This document shows positions 16,296 through 21,279 of a stretch of 21,279 bases of DNA, one piece after another. The notes beneath the pieces are model-generated. The model saw only the letters and a program-made list of their open reading frames with translations, had not been told where the DNA came from and did not search any database. The first letter of the stretch is position 1. Each line of letters begins with the position of its first letter. Source of the stretch: Dubosiella newyorkensis (GTDB lineage Bacteria; Bacillota_I; Bacilli_A; Erysipelotrichales; Erysipelotrichaceae); NCBI RefSeq assembly GCF_001945605.1, contig NZ_MPKA01000135.1, positions 1 through 21,279 on the forward strand, read 5' to 3'. A program made the position numbers and the translations under genes.

Positions 16296-16645
16296 TGGCA
16301 ACTGTAAAACAAGACCGCATGGATTCGATCTTGACAAAAGAGATCTCCCGGATCCTGCAGTTCGAATTAAAAAACCCGAAATTAGGCTTTGTGACTGTGA
16401 CCGATGTGCACTGCACACGTGATATGTCGCAAGCGAAGGTGTATGTATCTTTTCTTGGCCAGCAAGAACGCAATGACGCGGGAATGAAGATCTTGAATCA
16501 ATCTAAAGGATTTATTCGATCCACGATCGCGAAAAATGTGAAAATGCGGAAAGTGCCAGAATTGATCTTTGTACAAGATACATCGTTGGAACAAGGTCGA
16601 AAGATCGAAAAGATCATTCAGGAAATCAATGAGAAAGAGGCTTAG
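16295..16645 (+). CDS. rbfA: Ribosome-binding factor A
   Basis: 'RMDSILTKEISRILQFELKNPKLGFVTVTDVHCTRDMSQAKVYVS' and 'KMRKVPELIFVQD' are the RbfA pattern. Its start overlaps the infB stop (TAATG). Confidence 0.95.
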   Translation: MATVKQDRMDSILTKEISRILQFELKNPKLGFVTVTDVHCTRDMSQAKVYVSFLGQQERNDAGMKILNQSKGFIRSTIAKNVKMRKVPELIFVQDTSLEQGRKIEKIIQEINEKEA

Positions 16646-16657
16646 CCTCTTTTTTTA
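16636..16657 (+). terminator. Rho-independent terminator of the nusA-infB-rbfA operon (AGAGGC-tta-GCCTCT followed by T7)
   Basis: Stem at 16636-16641 / 16645-16650, followed by a T-run to 16657. The stem overlaps the rbfA stop codon. Confidence 0.7.
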
Positions 16658-16751
16658 AATATAATGTTATATTGAGTATAAGAGCATTAAAGTTATATTT
16701 TCTCTAACTTAGAAATATCATATAGTTGTAAACGAATTCACTCTTGTTCTT

Positions 16752-16779
16752 AAGCCTGAAATTCCAGCAGGCTTTTTTT
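16752..16779 (+). terminator. Orphan terminator-like hairpin (AAGCCTG-9 nt-CAGGCTT followed by T7) in the AT-rich spacer before the adhesin gene
   Basis: Stem at 16752-16758 / 16768-16774, T-run at 16773-16779. No ORF ends just upstream. Confidence 0.45.
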
Positions 16780-17842
16780 AAAATGAAAAGAATTCACCAA
16801 CTTCAAATTTAGAAGTTTTAGGAGGTAGACTATGAATCATACTAAACGTGACGAGCACTCAAATTCGTGGAATCTTGCTAAAAAAACAGTTTTTACGATC
16901 AGTGGTCTTTTGTTTTCGTCGTTTTTGATGCAGCTGCCTATTTACGCGGAAGGACAAGATGCTGTCGATCCCGTTCAAGAAGTCGAAAAAGAAACGAGTC
17001 ATGAAGAAGGACAAAACTCACCAAATGAATCAAGTTTAGAAAGCCTCCATGAAGACTTGTCTGATCAGCCCAAAAACTTCCTCCTATAATCGAAGAAAAT
17101 ACCAAAGAGCCATCTTTCTCGCTCGATAACCCAGAATCTGTGAACCAACCAGCAACGCAAGAGGAAGCGCCAAGTAAGTTCAAGATCAACCAAAAAACGA
17201 AGCGACTCCAAGGATAGAAGCGGATGCGCAGTCATCTACTCCAGAAAAACAAAACAGCGTGGCGACACTCGATTTTATGATCAAGTCGAAGGCTCTTTGT
17301 TAGAGACAAAAACGTATACAAGCTATGTTGGCGATCCGATCGGGCTTCCTTCCAAAGAACAGCTCGAAGCGGAATATCCAAGCACAAAATATACGATCGT
17401 TTCCGGAATGTGGGATATTGATCCAATCTATCAAACCGACAGCAATAATAACCAATTCAAATTGTATTTAGGCCACGTATTTAAGGAAGAGGTCCGTGAA
17501 AAAGATGTTCATGTAACGACAGAGTTTCTAGATTACGAAACCAATGCCGTCCTTCATGCTCCAATCACGCAGACCGCTCATTTTGAACGAACATGCAAAG
17601 TCGATCAAGTCAATGGCAACTTCGTTTGGGGACCAGAACCCGATCCGTTCCAATTAAAAGGGATCGATTTGAGCTCTTTAGGTATCTATGAACAAGGGTA
17701 TAGGCCTAAACCGTGGAAAATCTCGAGCAATTTGATCGTGCATTATGATGATCTTGACGATACGCAAAGCGTTGTTGAATACTTCGCCAAAGGGTATGTC
17801 GCTACGATCAATTTTTATGATGACAGCGTCGATCCAAGCAAG

Positions 17843-18037
17843 AACGTGTTCTCGATCCATTATAAACATCGGCTTCTGCACGATACCTACGATGAAGATG
17901 TCACACGGACGATCCATTTGATCGATCAAATCAATCAAAAAGAGATCGCCGATCCGATCCAACAAATCGTGCATTTTAGCCTTCCTGGTGTTTACGGCTA
18001 TCACGCCAAGGAATGGACATGGGATTGGGATCATTTT
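17843..18037 (+). repeat. Intragenic repeat copy A (65 codons: NVFSIHYKH...VTRTIHLIDQINQ...WTWDWDHF)
   Basis: By hand alignment, about half of the 65 residues are identical to copy B. Nucleotide identity is high in the 'ACGATCCATTT.ATCGATCAA..CAATCAAAA' core. Confidence 0.7.
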
Positions 18038-18952
18038 AACGATACATCATCTTGGAAGGTGCTGAGTGCGAAAGAAATTAAAGACTATTTGGCGACTCAA
18101 AACAACGATCGATATATTTTGCTGAGCGATCCTGTACCGGCCCAGACTGTCGTCTATGATGAAAACGACACCGATCAAACGGTTGATCTCTACTTTGTGC
18201 CTGCCTATCAAGCCATTTTAAGATGGGTCGATGAAACGACTGGAAAAACGCTGGAAACATGGACTTCAAAAGAAGGAAAAGCGAACGATTCGATCGTTTT
18301 TGACGAAAACGTCCAACAGACGCTCGATCATTATCAAACACTTTATTATGATCTCGTATCCAATCCGATCAAAGAAGGGCTTGTATTGAATGACGATCCG
18401 ACTTTGAACGGTTACGCCATCTATTTAAAGCATCAGATCAAAACCGAACGTGTAAGCAATACTGTCAAAGTGCCAATCGATCTTTTGGCTGGCGATCCAA
18501 ATGACAAAACAACATGGAAGCTATTGCACCACGATGAATGGAGCCATACGTTCTATCGGCCTCAATACACCGATTTTGTTACTGGCGTGATCACATTTGG
18601 GGTATACGAGGATCCAAAAGAAGTGATGTTCGAATATACATTCCCGACTTTTGAAGGATACATGAAGCCTGATCCAGCACAATTTAGTCCGATGAAGGTC
18701 ACGTGCGATGATGAAACAGGTTTTTTGAGCATACAACAATTTTATATTCGCATCAAAGAAGCTGTACTGAATTTTATCGACGACGACCAAGACGGAAAGA
18801 TCGTTTGGAGCCAGAAAGCGACGATCGCCGAACACAAGCCGATCGAATTCGTCTATCGGGATTACTATAAAAAATGGTTTTCGGATCATGGCATGAAGGT
18901 TGTTTCGGATAATTATGAAAAGCGGATCATCAATATGGATGATCCGGCGAAA

Positions 18953-19147
18953 AACATCTTCGAGATCCATCTAGAACATGTCAAATCGCCAACGACATTT
19001 ACAAAAAAAGTGACGCGCACGATCCATTTTATCGATCAAGCCAATCAAAACGTATTGAAAGATCCGGTCGAACAAACCGTGACCTTCATATTGCAAGGAA
19101 CAAAAGACGAATGGAGTCAAGAAACGACATGGGACTGGGATCACTTC
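18953..19147 (+). repeat. Intragenic repeat copy B (65 codons: NIFEIHLEH...VTRTIHFIDQANQ...TTWDWDHF)
   Basis: Pairs with 17843-18037. It is the same length with the same conserved blocks (VTRTIH.IDQ.NQ, DP..Q.V.F, TWDWDHF). Confidence 0.7.
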
Positions 19148-19360
19148 AGCAACATCCAAGAATAGAGCGCTTATCAAGCGCCGGTTGCTAAAAACAACAC
19201 AAGTCGAGAAGAACATCAAACGGAGATCCCGGCTTATACAAAAAAAGCAACCTCTTCTTCGGTGCCTACAGTTGTTCATACAGGTATATTCCAAAGTCTG
19301 GTCGGCATGGCTGCTTCCTTGTTTGGGATTTCATTATTCAAAAAACATAAAAAGGAGTAA

Positions 19361-19380
19361 AGAGGCGAATGCCTCTTTTT
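19361..19380 (+). terminator. Rho-independent terminator after the adhesin gene (AGAGGC-gaat-GCCTCT followed by T5)
   Basis: Stem at 19361-19366 / 19371-19376, immediately after the TAA that closes the sorting-signal reading frame. Confidence 0.6.
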
Positions 19381-19425
19381 CCTTGCTTTTGGATTTGGTA
19401 GGATAATGATTGGGAGGGGAAAAGG

Positions 19426-20025
19426 ATGAAAAGAATCGTTTTGATGGGAGGTCCAGGAGGAGGAAAAAGCGAAACGCTTTACTACTTGAAGGACGTCTTT
19501 CAAAAACAAGGGTATTCAACCTATATCGATACAGAAACGTGCACGGATGTCTTAAAGAGCGGCTTTACGATCGAAAATCAAGGGATCTATCGTTTTCAGA
19601 AGTTGATTTTCGAGATCCAGAAGGCAAAAGAAGACGCGTATGTTAAAGCGCTGAAAAATCAAGAAGACGCGATCTTGTTCATTGATCGCTGCTTGTACGA
19701 TCATGCAGGTTTTTTGGATCACGAAGATTTCCTGCGTCTTTTAGAAGAGGAAAGTGTAGAACTGGATTCGATCCAGGAGCGATATGATTTGATCTTGTTC
19801 TTAGAGACGAGCGCGAAAATTGAAAAATATGTGCAGCTTAGCAATCCTGTCCGGATGGAAAATAGGCAGGAGGCGCTTCTTTCCAATGCAGCTTTAAAAA
19901 AAGCGGCTTCCTATTTTCCGAACACGAAATTCGTCGAAGCGCAAGATACGATCGAGATCAAACAAGAAAAGGCGAGACAAATCGTGGACGAGTTTTTAAG
20001 AGGTGAAGATGAAACGAGTCGTTAA
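19426..20025 (+). CDS. P-loop NTPase (AAA_28/NadR-kinase-like ATPase family)
   Basis: Walker A 'LMGGPGGGKSETL', Walker B-like 'AILFIDRCLYD', and overall small-kinase-like size. SD GGGAGGGG lies upstream. Confidence 0.7.
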   Translation: MKRIVLMGGPGGGKSETLYYLKDVFQKQGYSTYIDTETCTDVLKSGFTIENQGIYRFQKLIFEIQKAKEDAYVKALKNQEDAILFIDRCLYDHAGFLDHEDFLRLLEEESVELDSIQERYDLILFLETSAKIEKYVQLSNPVRMENRQEALLSNAALKKAASYFPNTKFVEAQDTIEIKQEKARQIVDEFLRGEDETSR

Positions 20026-20941
20026 AGCGTTTTTTTCGTTCGTTTCGACTTTTATCGTATTGTATTTTGGGTATGATCTTCTCGTAGGGGCTTTGATGAC
20101 GTATCCATTTTCTTGGCAAGAAATCGAAATCTCGCGTTTCTTGTTGCATTTGCTAAGAATGGTCGATCCGCTCGGGATCGCTTTGGTTTTCGCATGCTGG
20201 AATGGGATCGTGACTCTTTTTAAGCTGCATGTCCTTTCGATGGTCGTGTTAGCTGTGCTTCTTGGTGTTGGCATTTCTCGTTATTATGAGCCGCTTGTCT
20301 CGTTCATGAAGGGTGAGTATTTTTCTTTTTTGCATCAAGACGCGCTTTTATCTTTGGAGCAAGGCAATCAAGAATATGGCCAGATCTTCGAGCGGGAAGG
20401 TTATCCTTCGCTTGTGTTTATGAGCGACGAGACGATCAGCGATGAATATGTGGATTCGCTCATTCAAGATTCTCTAGAGAAAGTTCCGAAAGAGGCGTTG
20501 AACAAAGTAAGCGCGATCCGCTTCATGGATGAAGCTTATTTTCGGCAAGAAGAGATCACGCGGCAAAATCCGAATGTCGTTGGATTCGCGAACAGTGCCG
20601 ATTTCAGCATTACGATTTTGAGAAACGATCGGACAGAGCCTTATATCGATCTTTCGATTCCAGAAAAGGTCATGTTCCCTAGTGATTATTATACGGATAC
20701 GCTCTTGCATGAGCTAGGTCATATCGTGGATTATCAAGAGCCGTATTCTCAGCATTTTTTAAGTGAAAACGAGGATTTTCAATCGCTTTACGATGTCGAG
20801 GGAAGTCAGCTCAACGCTTATGGCGCGAGTTCTCCGGCTGAATTTTTCGCGGAAAGCTACAAATACTATCTTCGTTATCCCGACTTGATGGAGGAAAAGA
20901 TCCCATTGACACAAGCGTATTTCGCTTCGATCGAACAATAG
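20009..20941 (+). CDS. Membrane-anchored zinc metallopeptidase with an anthrax lethal factor-like (ATLF/M34-like) signature
   Basis: About three N-terminal TM segments, then 'TLLHELGHIVDY' (HExxH) and downstream 'AYGASSPAEFFAESYKYY' (Tyr plus the EFFAE third-ligand motif). I preferred the ATG at 20009 (SD AGAGG) over the GTG at 20003. It overlaps the ATPase gene by 17 nt, suggesting an operon. Confidence 0.7.
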   Translation: MKRVVKAFFSFVSTFIVLYFGYDLLVGALMTYPFSWQEIEISRFLLHLLRMVDPLGIALVFACWNGIVTLFKLHVLSMVVLAVLLGVGISRYYEPLVSFMKGEYFSFLHQDALLSLEQGNQEYGQIFEREGYPSLVFMSDETISDEYVDSLIQDSLEKVPKEALNKVSAIRFMDEAYFRQEEITRQNPNVVGFANSADFSITILRNDRTEPYIDLSIPEKVMFPSDYYTDTLLHELGHIVDYQEPYSQHFLSENEDFQSLYDVEGSQLNAYGASSPAEFFAESYKYYLRYPDLMEEKIPLTQAYFASIEQ

Positions 20942-20960
20942 AAAGAAGAAGTCTATAGAT

Positions 20961-21279
20961 TGATAAGCTCCCCTAATAGTAGACACGCCAAACAACTAAA
21001 TTTGGAGGTCCTATTAGGGGGCTTTTTATATGGGAAGAAAATCAAAATACACTATAGATTTTAAATTATCTGTTGTTGACCGCTATTTAAATAAAGGAGA
21101 AGGATCCGTCACGATTGGAAAAGATTTAAATCTTAATCCAAACACTGTAATGAATGGGTAAAACAATTTCAAAAGTCGGATGCTGAAGCTTTTCTGGAGA
21201 AACCAAGAAATCAATCCTATTCAAAAGAATTCAAAATACAAGTGATTGAGGAATATTTGGCAGGAGGATGTTCGTATCC
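20961..21279 (+). mobile_element. Left end of an IS3-family (IS150-like) insertion sequence, continuing beyond the window
   Basis: The candidate left inverted repeat starts with TG at 20961 ('TGATAAGCTCCCCTAATAGTAGACA'). This is followed by an orfA with the typical HTH transposase N-terminus. The region is AT-rich and GATC-poor compared with the neighbouring DNA. Confidence 0.6.
21030..21279 (+). pseudogene. IS3-family transposase orfA, frameshifted (or miscalled) near 21155-21160 and truncated by the window edge
   Basis: Frame 1 reads 'MGRKSKYTIDFKLSVVDRYLNKGEGSVTIGKDLNLNPNTVMNG*'. The protein-like continuation 'WVKQFQKSDAEAFLEKPRNQSYSKEFKIQVIEEYLAGGCSY' is in another frame. Restoring one A in 'GTAATGAATGG' (to GTAAATGAATGG) would join them. 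Confidence 0.65.

Larger units (their letters stand above)
16832..19360 (+). pseudogene. Disrupted gene for a secreted, cell-wall-anchored MucBP-repeat adhesin (three frameshifts plus one in-frame stop)
   Basis: Signal peptide 'KKTVFTISGLLFSSFLMQLPIYA/EG' at the 5' end. Protein-like reading moves from frame 2 to 1 to 0 and back to 2 across 17065-17301. The 622-codon body contains MucBP-like modules, for example 'AILRWVDETTGKTLE...LNGYAIYLKH' and 'AVLNFIDDDQDGKIV...NIFEIHLEH'. TAG at 19163-19165 is followed in frame by a sorting-signal-like tail ending at the TAA at 19358-19360. Confidence 0.7.

Noticed and set aside
19163-19165. The in-frame TAG read as pyrrolysine or as a programmed recoding signal.
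   Set aside because: There is no pyl gene context or downstream recoding structure visible. The gene also carries three frameshifts, so an ordinary nonsense mutation is the simpler explanation.
19185-19406. 73-aa ORF downstream of the adhesin body.
   Set aside because: It is out of frame with the convincing sorting-signal reading (19166-19360) and runs through the terminator hairpin. It is not a separate gene.
1-21279. The idea that the IS21 fragment on the left and the IS3 fragment on the right delimit a composite transposon or genomic island.
   Set aside because: The two elements belong to different families. The intervening DNA is mostly universally conserved housekeeping operons (rnf, gmk, nusA-infB) with host-typical GATC density. 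Only the right-hand 4.6 kb looks accessory.
1-21279. A scan for CRISPR arrays, tRNA or rRNA genes, and riboswitch or T-box leaders (for example upstream of cysE).
   Set aside because: I found no regularly spaced direct repeats, no cloverleaf-compatible segments in the intergenic gaps, and no long structured leaders. cysE is fed by the apbE transcript, and the other intergenic regions are short.

Overview
This window looks like a chromosomal segment of a low-GC Gram-positive bacterium (Bacillota-type gene order and AGGAGG ribosome-binding sites). It is mostly housekeeping, with partial insertion sequences at both edges. From left to right: (1) the 3' end of an IS21-family istB. (2) An XRE-HTH/cupin regulator plus an MBL-fold hydrolase operon. 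(3) A minus-strand apbE-cysE operon, divergent from (4) a complete rnfC-D-G-E-A-B operon encoding an Rnf ferredoxin:NAD+ oxidoreductase type complex. (5) A minus-strand rqcH/vanZ-like pair. (6) gmk. (7) The rimP-nusA-ylxR-ylxQ-infB-rbfA operon. (8) An accessory tail holding a decayed MucBP-type surface adhesin gene, a P-loop ATPase plus membrane HExxH (anthrax lethal factor/M34-like) metallopeptidase operon, and the left end of an IS3-family element with a frameshifted orfA. The most interesting signals are in the rnf operon: a 59-codon Cys-rich single-TM ORF missed by the ORF track, translationally coupled to rnfA, and an RnfB reduced to 101 aa that lacks the polyferredoxin module. Other notable points are a several-fold excess of GATC in native DNA but not in the IS3 sequence, and an adhesin gene broken by three -1 homopolymer frameshifts plus an in-frame TAG just before its sorting signal. 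No CRISPR array, tRNA or rRNA was seen. All calls rest on reading the sequence and remembered family motifs; no database search was possible.
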